Assembly: GCA_024276955.1 (NCBI GenBank)
Contig: JAJRWE010000181.1
Span: 1-57,790 of the forward strand
Direction: 5' to 3'
Origin: Gammaproteobacteria bacterium
GTDB lineage: Bacteria; Pseudomonadota; Gammaproteobacteria; SZUA-152
Length of the DNA stretch: 57,790 nt
The notes below the pieces were generated by a model, which was not told the DNA's origin, made no database searches, and saw only the letters and a list, made by a program, of their open reading frames with translations. A program made the position numbers and the translations under genes. How positions within the stretch are numbered: position 1 is the first letter of the stretch; every line of letters starts with the position of its first letter. Of this stretch, positions 19,050-28,534 are shown one piece after another.

Positions 19050-19178
19050 AACACGATACCCCGCGGGGAGGTCCATTTTTTCTGGGCATAGGCAGTTAGA
19101 GGGGGGCATTGTCCCCGATCAATGCGGTTCGCTGTCACTCACCAGCATCCTACCCAAGCTCTGTTTTCGCGGGGCCAT

Positions 19179-19231
19179 AAAAAACGGCGACACCGCAGCC
19201 GGCGACACCGCAGCCGGCGCCGCCGTTTTTT
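19179..19231. terminator. Candidate bidirectional terminator containing a 15-bp tandem duplication
   Basis: AAAAAACGGCG ... CGCCGTTTTTT, with GGCGACACCGCAGCC repeated at 19186-19200 and 19201-19215. Lies between convergent bioD and the DUF481 gene. Confidence 0.6.
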
Positions 19232-19240
19232 ATGTGCTGA

Positions 19241-19963
19241 CTACTTACCGAAGCTGTAAAGCAAGGCGATGGCGACCTCGTCGTCGACCTTTTTCTTGCC
19301 CAGCGGCACGACGGAAGAGTGGCGCAGGGTGTAACTGATCTTGGTGTGCAGGTTACCGGCGACCTGCGCGGTGAGGGCGGTGACGGAACGGGTCACGGTA
19401 CCACCCTTGTCCGTGTCGCCGATTTCCGTGGTGAGGTCCTCGGTGAACTTGGCGGTCTTGCTCACGTTCCACAATAATTTGAGGGCACCCCGAACGGTGA
19501 ATTCATTTTCGGTTTCATCAGGGGTCTTTATCTTGCTTTGCCGAGCGCCGGGGGCGACTTCGAGATCCAGAGTCACCTTATCGTTTTGTACCACGCGGTG
19601 ACCGTAACCGATGTTGGCCGTGGCGCGGTAGTCGTAGCCGCTGAAACGGTCGCCTTCGTAGCCGAGGAAGCCGAAGAAGTATCCGCGTTCCGTTATCTTA
19701 TAGTTGCTTTGGCCACTGGCAAAGTAGCGTTCGGCGGTGGTGAGACCGTCAGTGGAATTGTTGAGGGCTTCAATAGTCAGTATATTTCGCCATTTGTCGA
19801 GCTCCTGCTCGGCCTTGGCCTTGGCGTTGAGGCTGGCGGTGTCGGTGTTGCCGCCGGTCTTCACGTAGCCGAGTTCGGCCTCGCCCTTCCAGTCTGCACT
19901 GGCAATGCCCGGTGTGAGGCAGACGGCGGTCAGAATAGCAATGGAAAGTGAGTTTTTGTTCAT
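19241..19963 (-). CDS. DUF481 (YdiY-like) outer-membrane protein
   Basis: 240 aa. Signal peptide, ..DWKGEAELGYVKTGGNTDT.. and a C-terminal aromatic-rich strand. Confidence 0.8.
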   Translation of the reverse strand: MNKNSLSIAILTAVCLTPGIASADWKGEAELGYVKTGGNTDTASLNAKAKAEQELDKWRNILTIEALNNSTDGLTTAERYFASGQSNYKITERGYFFGFLGYEGDRFSGYDYRATANIGYGHRVVQNDKVTLDLEVAPGARQSKIKTPDETENEFTVRGALKLLWNVSKTAKFTEDLTTEIGDTDKGGTVTRSVTALTAQVAGNLHTKISYTLRHSSVVPLGKKKVDDEVAIALLYSFGK

Positions 19964-20036
19964 GATCGTTCCTTAGGATAATGGTCGGATTCGGCTGATG
20001 GCCAAGGGGGGAATTATAGCCTGACTGGATTTAGCC

Positions 20037-20678
20037 TTACACACCATATTGCGTGCGATAGGCGCGAATGGCGGCCAAATGACCTGCCATATCTGTCGAC
20101 TTGGCCAGATATTCCACCAGATTGTCCAATTGCACGATGCTGGCCACCTTGAGCCCGTAATCGCGTTCCACTTCCTGAATCGCCGAAGTCTCACCCTTAC
20201 CGCGTTCCTGTCGGTCCAGCGCGATCACCACCCCAGCCGGCGTGGCGCCGCTGGCCTGGATGATGTCTACGGATTCGCGCACCGAGGTGCCGGCGGAGAT
20301 GACGTCGTCGATGATCAGCACGCGGCCCGCGAGTGGTGCGCCGACGATGACGCCGCCCTCGCCGTGATCCTTGGCCTCCTTGCGATTGAAGGCATAGGGC
20401 AGGTCGCGGTCGTGGTGATCGGCCAACGCGATGGCCAGGGCCGAGGCCAGCGGAATGCCCTTGTAGGCGGGGCCGTAGATCATGTCGAACTCGATGCCGG
20501 AATCCACCACCGCCTGTGCGTAATAGCGGCCGAGGCGTGCCAGGCTGCTGCCGGTATTGAACAGGCCACTGTTAAAGAAATAGGGGCTGAGACGGCCGGA
20601 CTTGAGGGTGAACTCGCCAAAGCGCAGTACACCCACGTCGATGGCGAAGTCGAGAAATTCGTGTTGATAGTCTTGCAT
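20037..20678 (-). CDS. pyrE: Orotate phosphoribosyltransferase
   Basis: Start trimmed to [13 protein letters not shown].. (ATG 20678). PRPP motif [13 protein letters not shown]. Confidence 0.95.
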   Translation of the reverse strand: MQDYQHEFLDFAIDVGVLRFGEFTLKSGRLSPYFFNSGLFNTGSSLARLGRYYAQAVVDSGIEFDMIYGPAYKGIPLASALAIALADHHDRDLPYAFNRKEAKDHGEGGVIVGAPLAGRVLIIDDVISAGTSVRESVDIIQASGATPAGVVIALDRQERGKGETSAIQEVERDYGLKVASIVQLDNLVEYLAKSTDMAGHLAAIRAYRTQYGV

Positions 20679-20803
20679 GACAGTCCGTCCGTATTTAGAG
20701 GGGTGGAAAAGGCCGGACATTTTAACAGACCTGCCTCCCGTGCTCACGGCGGTATCTCTCTACGGTATAATGCCGCGCTTTGTCGATTCGTCCGGAGAGC
20801 CCC

Positions 20804-21598
20804 ATGAAAGTCATCACCGCCAACGTCAACGGCATACGCGCCGCCGCCAAAAAGGGTTTCTTTGACTGGCTGGAAAGGCAGGATGCCGACGTCGTCTGCA
20901 TCCAGGAAACCAAGGCCCAGGAACACCAACTGGAGGCCGAGCACTTTTACCCCCACGGCTACCACTGCTATTACGTGGACGCGGAGAAAAAGGGCTACAG
21001 CGGCGTGGCTATCTACGCGAAGAAGAAACCGCTGAAGGTGATCACCCAACTGGGTGAAGGCTTCGAGGACATGGACGCCGAAGGGCGTTTCATCCAGGCC
21101 GACTTTGATACCGACATCGGCAAGCTCAGTATCGTGTCACTTTACCTCCCCTCCGGTTCCAGCAAGGAAGAGCGACAGCAGGTGAAATTCAGCTTCATGG
21201 AACGCTTTACCGAACGGCTCAAGGCCATGCGTCGCAAGCGCAGTGAATTCATCATCTGCGGCGACTGGAACATCGTGCATAAGGAAATCGACATCAAGAA
21301 CTGGAAGAGCAATCAGAAAAACTCCGGTTGCCTGCCGGAAGAGCGAGCCTGGCTGGATGAAGTATTCGGGCCGCTGGGTTTTGTCGATGCATTCCGCGTG
21401 GTGAATCAGGAACCCGGCCAGTACACCTGGTGGTCAAACCGCGGCCAGGCCCGGGCCAATAACGTGGGCTGGCGTATTGACTATCAGGTCGTCACCCCGG
21501 GTCTGAAAGACCGCATCAAGGCGGCGGAAATCTACAAGGAAAAGTGGTTCTCCGATCATGCGCCGCTGATCATTGAATATGCAGTAAAAATGCAGTGA
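20804..21598 (+). CDS. xthA: Exodeoxyribonuclease III
   Basis: MKVITANVNGIRAA.. with RBS GGAGA; C-terminal ..WFSDHAPL. Start trimmed from the ORF-track 20780. Confidence 0.95.
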   Translation: MKVITANVNGIRAAAKKGFFDWLERQDADVVCIQETKAQEHQLEAEHFYPHGYHCYYVDAEKKGYSGVAIYAKKKPLKVITQLGEGFEDMDAEGRFIQADFDTDIGKLSIVSLYLPSGSSKEERQQVKFSFMERFTERLKAMRRKRSEFIICGDWNIVHKEIDIKNWKSNQKNSGCLPEERAWLDEVFGPLGFVDAFRVVNQEPGQYTWWSNRGQARANNVGWRIDYQVVTPGLKDRIKAAEIYKEKWFSDHAPLIIEYAVKMQ

Positions 21599-21803
21599 GA
21601 CAAATACCAAACCGGGCCGCAAGGATAAAAAGATGACTATCTAAGTTATGTATTTTATATGCATTGACTCATGCCTAGACTTGGTCTAGATTAATATTTC
21701 ATCGGACATTTCCGCACTTTCAAGGATGAAGCATAACTTGATTTGTCATGCTTTCTAGCCTGCAAGTTCCGCCGTGCGACTAACGTTTAGTGGAGAAAAT
21801 ATC

Positions 21804-22955
21804 ATGAGCCGGAGAGTCAAGAGACTTGTCATCGTCTGTGTATCTGTCCTTTTTGGTGTTTGTTTTTCTAATGTACAGGCAGAATTATCGTCGCAGCAGT
21901 TACTGGGAAAGTTTCTTTATTTTGACGAAAATTTGTCGGAGCCCGCAGGACAATCCTGTGCCAGCTGTCATCTCCCGGATGCGGGTTTTGCTGACCCGGA
22001 TACCCATCTTCCCGTCTCTGAGGGTGTTATCCCGGGACGCTTTGGTGGCAGGAATTCCCCCAGCGCTGCCTATGCCGTGTTTTTCCCGGAGTTTAGCTAT
22101 ATCAATAACGTCGCGGTTGGTGGGCAATTCTGGGACGGCCGTGCAGCCAACCTAACCGAACAGGCCAAGGGGCCATTTCTAAACCCCGTCGAAATGAATA
22201 ACCCCAACAAAGCGACCGTCATCGCGGACATTCAGGCCTCAAGCTATGTGGGCCTGTTTGAAGATGTGTGTGGGCCTATTGTCGATGTTGATGCAGCCTA
22301 CGACTGCACAGCGGAAGCCATCGCGGCCTATGAGGGAACAGACGAGCTCAATAAATTCACCTCAAAGTTTGATCTTGTCATGGCGGGGCAGGCAAGATTT
22401 ACACGTCAAGAACGACGGGGCCGCATGTTGTTCAACGGTCGAGGTCTGTGCAGCCAATGCCACCTAAGTGGCGGCATGATGATGGGAGGAGGTGGAATGG
22501 GCGGCATGGGAGGAATGGGTGGATCATCCGGTCCTGTCCTGTTCACGGATTTCCGTTATCACAATTTGGGGTTGCCGAAAAATACCGAATACCCGCTCGA
22601 TCAGCAGCCTCCCGGCACAATCGATTTAGGGCTTGGTGCCATACTGGGCGTGACCGCAGAAAACGGCAAATTCAAGACGCCACATTTACGCAACATCGCC
22701 CAGACGCCACCCTACATGCATAACGGCCTTTTGAAGACGCTCAAAGAAGTTGTTCATTTTTATAACACGCGCGATATTCCCGGGTTATGGAATCCCCCCG
22801 AGGTAGCAGAGAATGTCGAGACCCAATTGCTGGGAAATCTTGGACTCACGAGCAGCGAAGAAGACGCCATTGTAGCGTTTATGCTGACATTTACCGATGG
22901 CTATACGCCGAGTGGCAGTGGTGGCAGCGGCGGCGGTGGTCACGGACACCGCTGA
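21804..22955 (+). CDS. Dihaem cytochrome c peroxidase / MauG-family protein with a Met/Gly-rich insertion
   Basis: Signal peptide, two CxxCH motifs (CASCH, CSQCH), CCP-type ..FTDFRYHNLG.. and ..PPYMHNG... Start trimmed to ATG 21804 (RBS GGAGA). Confidence 0.85.
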   Translation: MSRRVKRLVIVCVSVLFGVCFSNVQAELSSQQLLGKFLYFDENLSEPAGQSCASCHLPDAGFADPDTHLPVSEGVIPGRFGGRNSPSAAYAVFFPEFSYINNVAVGGQFWDGRAANLTEQAKGPFLNPVEMNNPNKATVIADIQASSYVGLFEDVCGPIVDVDAAYDCTAEAIAAYEGTDELNKFTSKFDLVMAGQARFTRQERRGRMLFNGRGLCSQCHLSGGMMMGGGGMGGMGGMGGSSGPVLFTDFRYHNLGLPKNTEYPLDQQPPGTIDLGLGAILGVTAENGKFKTPHLRNIAQTPPYMHNGLLKTLKEVVHFYNTRDIPGLWNPPEVAENVETQLLGNLGLTSSEEDAIVAFMLTFTDGYTPSGSGGSGGGGHGHR

Positions 22956-23014
22956 GACCTTCACGTATATCCTCGGCAAACGCCTGGTTTGCCCGGTATA
23001 GTTTAGTGTCAGCT

Positions 23015-23062
23015 TGTGACACCGCTCTGCGGTGTCACACATCTCGTGGCGCTCCGCGCCAC
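23015..23062. repeat. Two adjacent perfect GC-rich hairpins 3' of the peroxidase gene
   Basis: TGTGACACCGC-tct-GCGGTGTCACA (23015-23039) and GTGGCGC-tcc-GCGCCAC (23046-23062). No T-run follows. Confidence 0.7.
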
Positions 23063-23345
23063 ATCGTACACAAAGTTAGAATTTCTTTGTTTCGTAATAC
23101 CACGGTCACAGGTGGCGAGATGTCCTTTGATTATTGCGTCCTACTGGACTGAATTTACCTGATTCTGTTTGGGTTTTTAGTGTGTTTTATATTTATCAGC
23201 GTCCCAAAGCGTCGGTTCTCGCTTTGTAACATTTGTAATTCATAAGCATTACCGTCGGATGTTACAATACGAGAACTGATCCCTGACCCCAAGCTACCTT
23301 GCTTTAGCTATCCAGGTGTCAAGGCGTGTGATGAAACTGAACGCC

Positions 23346-23373
23346 AAAAAAATCCCGCATAAAAGCGGGATTT
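23346..23373 (-). terminator. Rho-independent terminator of the PEP-CTERM gene
   Basis: Minus strand reads AAATCCCGC-ttttat-GCGGGATTT followed by a T-run. Lies about 22 nt after the stop. Confidence 0.85.
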
Positions 23374-23394
23374 ATTGTGAGAAATGGAAATATA

Positions 23395-23907
23395 TTATCT
23401 GGATTTTCTTTTGCAAAATCCTAAGCCGACAAGCCCGAGTGTAAACAGTGCAAGAACTCCGGGTGCAGGAACTGGAGTCACGCAGGCAGGTTGTCCAGGA
23501 CCGCCGCAGGTTCCAAATGTGATACTGCCCATGGTTGATGAGACAGCCGCATAGTTCCAGGCATTAATATTGGATCCATGGTAAGCCACGGGCGTTAACA
23601 TTTGCCCATTGCCCTGTAAGCCAGTGGCAACAAAACCCGTTGTGGAATTGTCATTGATGCATTTTGTAGTTCCATCTGCTCGACAAGTGTCCAATCCGCT
23701 AATAAAGAGCGGCGAGGCGGAATCGACTACTGCCTGAGAAGTGGGATAACTGCCGAAAAAACCACTGAATGGATTGATATTAATGCCAGCGTTAATCTCA
23801 TTGATTCCTGATTGAAATGCATTGTGATCGGTACCTAGCACCAGGCCGCCACCACGTAAACCAAGCTGGGTCGCATAATTTTGGATCCATGAGTCTTCAG
23901 GCGACAT
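23395..23907 (-). CDS. PEP-CTERM-anchored protein, apparently 5'-truncated
   Basis: C-terminus VPAPGVLALFTLGLVGLGFCKRKSR, i.e. PEP-like motif + TM + basic tail. No signal peptide at the N-terminus, and an in-frame TGA lies just upstream of the ATG. Confidence 0.65.
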   Translation of the reverse strand: MSPEDSWIQNYATQLGLRGGGLVLGTDHNAFQSGINEINAGININPFSGFFGSYPTSQAVVDSASPLFISGLDTCRADGTTKCINDNSTTGFVATGLQGNGQMLTPVAYHGSNINAWNYAAVSSTMGSITFGTCGGPGQPACVTPVPAPGVLALFTLGLVGLGFCKRKSR

Positions 23908-24276
23908 ACCGTTTGCGTTTCATATAATGAATTCAAATACGGCTTTTTCGGTGCAGTTGAATGCTAGGCGAGCCGGCAAAGCTTGTTTGGTCTGCGTGCC
24001 ACGATGAGTTATGCAACAAACATGCCATTGGGAGCGCGTGACAGTTAACGCATTGATTGTAATGGCTTTGGTTGTCCTGTGGGATTTGATAACACCCCGT
24101 CCTGGTGCAGGAGTGTAAAAGTATCCGACATGTAGAATCTATGTAGAGGAATGGTAAGTATTACGGAGAGCAATAAAGGATTGTTGCTGTGGTGCGTCAC
24201 ATCCTCGATTTTCAAGCCGGCATTGGTGCGCAGTCGGGTGTTTAATGCTGTCAGGTATTTGATCCTGAGCGACTAA

Positions 24277-24856
24277 GTAAGGAGTAAAAAAGGGTCAGGC
24301 TCTGCCCCCTTATCCGCACAAGAGCAACATGACCAACGCTGGGCCGCAGAACTCAGCAAGTGCCCATTGGATGCAAAGCAACAAGAAGTTGATGATGCCA
24401 AAGCCGCGGGTGCACGGTTATTAGATACCTCGCGCATCCGCTATTTTAATCGGCGCTACAGCTGTCTGTTACGCGTAGGTCGCGCTGAACTGCCGGTGTT
24501 GTCCGCTGATAAAAATAAGAGATGTGGAAAAAACAGCACAAGGTCAAAAACTTCCATGACCGCCTGGTCAATCACAAGAAGGAGGTGCTGGCGTTTTTAT
24601 ACGACTTCTCGCTGCCCTTTGATAATAACCTGGCCGAGCGTGATGTGCACATGGTCAAGGTTAAGCAAAAGATCTCAGGCTGTTTTCGATCTGATCAAGG
24701 TGCAAAAACATTTTGCCGAATTCGAGGCTACATCTCTACGGTTAAAAAGCAGGGGCATAATGTCTTCAGTGCGTTGTATGATGCATTTGAAGGTGCTGCA
24801 CTGATTCCTTCCGAGGAAAAAAACTAGCACCTATAAAAGCAGGCTGAGTCGTTACT
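24277..24856 (+). mobile_element. IS66-family transposase 3' remnant (pseudogene, frameshift in an A6 run at 24527-24532)
   Basis: ..EVLAFLYDFSLPFDNNLAERDVHMVKVKQKISGCFRS..FCRIRGYISTVKKQG.. is the conserved IS66 Tnp C-terminus. The upstream part is in another frame. Only about 170 of about 500 codons are present. A possible IR end ..CGTTAC lies at 24851-24856. Confidence 0.8.
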
Positions 24857-24884
24857 GTATATTTCATGTAACAAGTTACAAAAT

Positions 24885-25310
24885 TCACGCAACGGCGGCA
24901 TGAAGTTGAGCTATAGTTTTTTCTTTTATTTTTGTGGATGAAGTTTGAGGATGATAGCTAACTTGAATGACGGACTTGCCTTCTGCATTTAAAAAAGACT
25001 CCACATCAAGGTTATGTGGAGCCTTTCCCCAATCCTCACCTATAACAAAAATGTCTACATCCAATTCTTTACAAGCTGATGTGTATTCTAATTCATAATA
25101 GGGAAGTACAATATCAACACAGCGCAATGCTTTTAACATTTCCATTCTTTGCTCAAGAGGAACAACTGGAGCATTCTTTTTATAACTTGCTACTACATTA
25201 TCTGAAGCCACACCAACTACAACTGTGTCACCTAATGTTTTGCAATGTTGGAGCAATGCCAGATGACCAACATGCAATAAATCCCAAGTTCCTACTGTGT
25301 ATATAAGCAT
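24885..25310 (-). CDS. Small cytidylyltransferase (TagD / ECT-like, HxGH family)
   Basis: 141 aa. GTWDLLHVGH (HxGH motif), length and layout of glycerol-3-phosphate/phosphoalcohol cytidylyltransferases. Low GC. Confidence 0.85.
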   Translation of the reverse strand: MLIYTVGTWDLLHVGHLALLQHCKTLGDTVVVGVASDNVVASYKKNAPVVPLEQRMEMLKALRCVDIVLPYYELEYTSACKELDVDIFVIGEDWGKAPHNLDVESFLNAEGKSVIQVSYHPQTSSTKIKEKTIAQLHAAVA

Positions 25311-25423
25311 TATTTAGTTTTCGCCCTAAATTGCAATAAATATGGTACTATAACATGTTTTTCTATGGGTTAATATGTTTCGCAGATTCAAGGTTCATAT
25401 TTCAAATACTTACAGGTGAAGCA

Positions 25424-26080
25424 ATGGCAGTCGAAAACACTGAATCTCAAGAGTTACAGCCTAACTCTATTCTTTCCTATGCTAAAGATTTGCCAAATGT
25501 TTGCTCGCTTTCCGGATTGGCTTGTACGCTTCTTGCTATTTATTTCAGTATTTCGGGCCTTTATGCAGCGGCAATGATTGGCATGATTTGGGCGGTTGCT
25601 TTTGACTGGGCAGATGGTCTCATTGCACGCAGGATGAAAGGGCGTACCGGTAACGACCGTGTTTTTGGTGGTCAACTTGATCTATTAATAGATATTGTTA
25701 GCTATGGTGTCACGCCAGCCATTTTACTTCTGAGTTATGGCAATTTTGAGCTAATCTATCTGCTCGGAGCGTTTGTGATGCTTGCTGCAAGTGCGCTACG
25801 ACTAAGTTATTTTTCAACATTCGGTCTTGCAAGCGGAACTCACTACACAGGATTGGCGTTAGATAACAACAGTATCATACTCGTTTTTATATTTTTATTT
25901 GAAGGTTTTTTTAGTCAGAGTGTTTTTTCTATTATTCTCTATGCTAGTGGTCTAAGTCTCGCTGCTTTAAATGTGTCGCAGATAAAAACACCCAAATTTT
26001 CTGGTAATCCTGTCAATGTGATTATTCTCGCTACCTATACACTGGGAATAACCGCTTCCTATGGCTGGATGCTTTTATAA
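25424..26080 (+). CDS. CDP-alcohol phosphatidyltransferase family protein (PssA-like)
   Basis: Signature DWADGLIARRMKGRTGNDRVFGGQLDLLID = D-x2-DG-x2-AR..G-x3-D-x3-D. Multi-TM. Start trimmed to ATG 25424. Low GC. Confidence 0.85.
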   Translation: MAVENTESQELQPNSILSYAKDLPNVCSLSGLACTLLAIYFSISGLYAAAMIGMIWAVAFDWADGLIARRMKGRTGNDRVFGGQLDLLIDIVSYGVTPAILLLSYGNFELIYLLGAFVMLAASALRLSYFSTFGLASGTHYTGLALDNNSIILVFIFLFEGFFSQSVFSIILYASGLSLAALNVSQIKTPKFSGNPVNVIILATYTLGITASYGWMLL

Positions 26081-26299
26081 AAAATAAATGTGGTATTTAG
26101 TTAAACCACTGAGTTATTTCATCGATATTTTGACGTGTTTTGTTTCGTTATTTATCAATCCGATAACCAAAAGCGACCATACAAGTCACACCAAATCGGT
26201 ATGATCTATAGCAAAATCATCAATTAGAATTTTCCCTTCTATTCTATTAATTACAATTGAATTACCCACTACTCATTGAATCTGTGCACAAAGGAAGAA

Positions 26300-26331
26300 G
26301 GGCGGCTACCCGTGAAGGTAGCCGCCCTTTT
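26300..26331. terminator. Strong hairpin between the island and fbp
   Basis: GGGCGGCTACC-cgtgaa-GGTAGCCGCCC then TTTT on the plus strand. A pyrimidine-rich tail follows on the minus strand, 18 nt after the fbp stop. Confidence 0.65.
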
Positions 26332-26348
26332 CCAGGTTGGCGCTTTGT

Positions 26349-27356
26349 TCAGGCTTCCTTGTGGTAGCGGATGACGCGCTCGACTTCGTTCTTGGAGCCC
26401 AGGATCACCGGAACGCGCTGGTGCAGGCCAGTGGGCTGGATTTCCATGATGCGCTCACGGCCCGTTGAACAGATGCCGCCCGCCTGCTCGACGATGAAGC
26501 CCATGGGGTTGGCTTCGTACATCAGGCGCAGCTTGCCGGGCTTGCTGGGATCGCGGGTGTCCTTGGGATACATGAAGATGCCGCCACGGGTGAGAATGCG
26601 GTAGACCTCGGCGACCATGGAGGCCACCCAGCGCATGTTAAAATCCTTGTCGCGGGGTCCGGTGGTGCCGGCCAGGCACTCGTCGATGTAACGCTGCATG
26701 GGGGCTTCCCAGTGACGCTGGTTCGACATGTTGATGGCGAACTCAGCGGTGTCCTCGACGATGGTCATGCTGGGGTGGGTGAGGATGAACTCGCCGACAT
26801 TGTGATCCAGGGTGAAGCCGTTGACGCCGTTGCCAGTGGTCAGCACCAGCATGGTGGACGGGCCGTAGAGGGTGAAGCCGCCGCAGACCTGCTCGGTACC
26901 GGGCTATAAAAAGTCTTCCGCAGTGGGGTTCTCGACGCCCTCGGGGCAGCGCAGGATGGAGAAGATGCTGCCCACGGACAGGTTAACGTCGATGTTGCTC
27001 GATCCGTCCAGCGGGTCGAAGGTCAGCAGGTACTTGCCTTTGGGATATTCCGCAGGTATTGGGTAGATGTCGTCCATCTCTTCGGAGGCCATGGCGCCCA
27101 GGTGACCGCCCCACTGATTGGCCTTGAGGAAGATGTCGTTGGAGAGGATATCGAGCTTTTTCTGGGTCTCGCCCTGAATATTTTCACTACCGGCAGAACC
27201 CAGCACACCGACCAGAGCGCCTTGGTTTACGCAGCTGGAAATCGCCTTGCAGGCGGTGACAACGTCGTTCAGCAGGGCCGTAAAATCGCCAGACGCATTC
27301 TTGGCGCCGCGCTGTTCTTCGATGATGAATTGGGTAAAGGTTTCACCAGTGTGCAT
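26349..27356 (-). pseudogene. fbp: Class 1 fructose-1,6-bisphosphatase interrupted by one in-frame TAG (codon 151)
   Basis: The two ORF-track pieces (26904..27356 and 26349..26852) are in the same frame, 1008 nt in total. Read through the stop: ..[26 protein letters not shown]... The conserved motif is FLQPG, so this is CAG to TAG at 26904-26906. Confidence 0.9.
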
Positions 27357-27549
27357 AATAGTTTCCTAGTCTCAGGGGGCTGCAAAGCCGCGTATTCTAG
27401 CAGATTCGCATCTATTTCTAAATGGATGGACGGCCTTGCATGGACCCGCCGGTTGCCAGCATCCTTTATAGTCCTTAGCATGGTGGCCATTTTTTGCCCT
27501 GCACAGACTGACGTGCTGACATTACAAGAATTGAAGAAGGGTTGAATAA

Positions 27550-28479
27550 ATGACCGAAATCGTTCGCATCGCCACCCGCAAGAGTCCCCTGGCCCTGTGG
27601 CAGGCCGAATATGTCCGTGACCGCCTGCTGGCCAAATACCCGGATTTGCAGATAGAGCTGGTGAAGATGGTCACCCAGGGTGACAAGATCCTCGACACTC
27701 CATTGGCCAAGGTGGGCGGCAAGGGCCTGTTCGTCAAGGAGCTGGAGCAGGGCATGCTGCGTGGCGAAGCCGATATTGCCGTGCATTCGATGAAGGACGT
27801 ACCGGTGGAATTTCCCGAGGGCCTGCATCTGGCGGTAATCTGCGAACGCGAGGATCCACGCGATGCCTTTGTTTCCAACACCTTTGCCAGTGTCGACGAG
27901 TTGCCACAGGGCGCCAGGGTCGGTACCTCCAGCCTGCGCCGTCAGTGCCAGCTGCGCGCCAACCGTCCCGATCTCGACATCCTCGACCTGCGTGGCAACG
28001 TCAACACCCGTCTGCGCAAACTCGACGAAGGCAACTACGATGCCATCATCCTCGCCAGTGCGGGCCTCAAGCGCCTCGGTTTTGAAGACCGCATCCGCAG
28101 CTGTCTGAGTACCGAACAGAGTCTGCCGGCCATCGGCCAGGGTGCCGTGGGCATCGAGACGCGCAGCGATGATGTACGCATCCACGAACTCATCGCCCAC
28201 CTCAACGACACCCACACCCAGACCTGCGTGCTGGCTGAACGCGCCATGAACCACCGTCTCGAAGGTGGTTGTCAGGTACCCATCGCCGGCTTCGCCGAAC
28301 TGGATGGAGCCCGTCTGCGCATGCGCGGACTGGTGGGCCGTCCCGACGGCGAGGAAGTGATTCGTGGCGAGATCGAGGGCCCGGCGGCAGAGGCCGAAAA
28401 ACTCGGTACGGCACTGGCCGACGACCTGCTGTCACGCGGTGCCGGGGCGATTCTAAAGGCGGTCTATGCCGATGCCTGA
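27550..28479 (+). CDS. hemC: Porphobilinogen deaminase
   Basis: 309 aa, ..[18 protein letters not shown]... Confidence 0.97.
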   Translation: MTEIVRIATRKSPLALWQAEYVRDRLLAKYPDLQIELVKMVTQGDKILDTPLAKVGGKGLFVKELEQGMLRGEADIAVHSMKDVPVEFPEGLHLAVICEREDPRDAFVSNTFASVDELPQGARVGTSSLRRQCQLRANRPDLDILDLRGNVNTRLRKLDEGNYDAIILASAGLKRLGFEDRIRSCLSTEQSLPAIGQGAVGIETRSDDVRIHELIAHLNDTHTQTCVLAERAMNHRLEGGCQVPIAGFAELDGARLRMRGLVGRPDGEEVIRGEIEGPAAEAEKLGTALADDLLSRGAGAILKAVYADA

Positions 28480-28534
28480 TGGCCGCCAAAAATCCACACA
28501 GCGCCGATTTCAGGCGAAGTAAGCGCTAACTACT

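Noticed and set aside
19186-19215. Short tandem repeats (19186-19215, 35802-35829, 57263-57287) as CRISPR-like arrays.
   Set aside because: They have only 2-3 directly abutting units of 9-15 bp with no spacers. These are simple tandem duplications.
26904-26906. The in-frame TAG in fbp as pyrrolysine or programmed read-through.
   Set aside because: The position corresponds to a conserved Gln. TAG is used as an ordinary stop by neighbouring genes (rdgB, the DUF481 gene). Nothing pyl-like is visible. A simple nonsense mutation or base-call error is more parsimonious.
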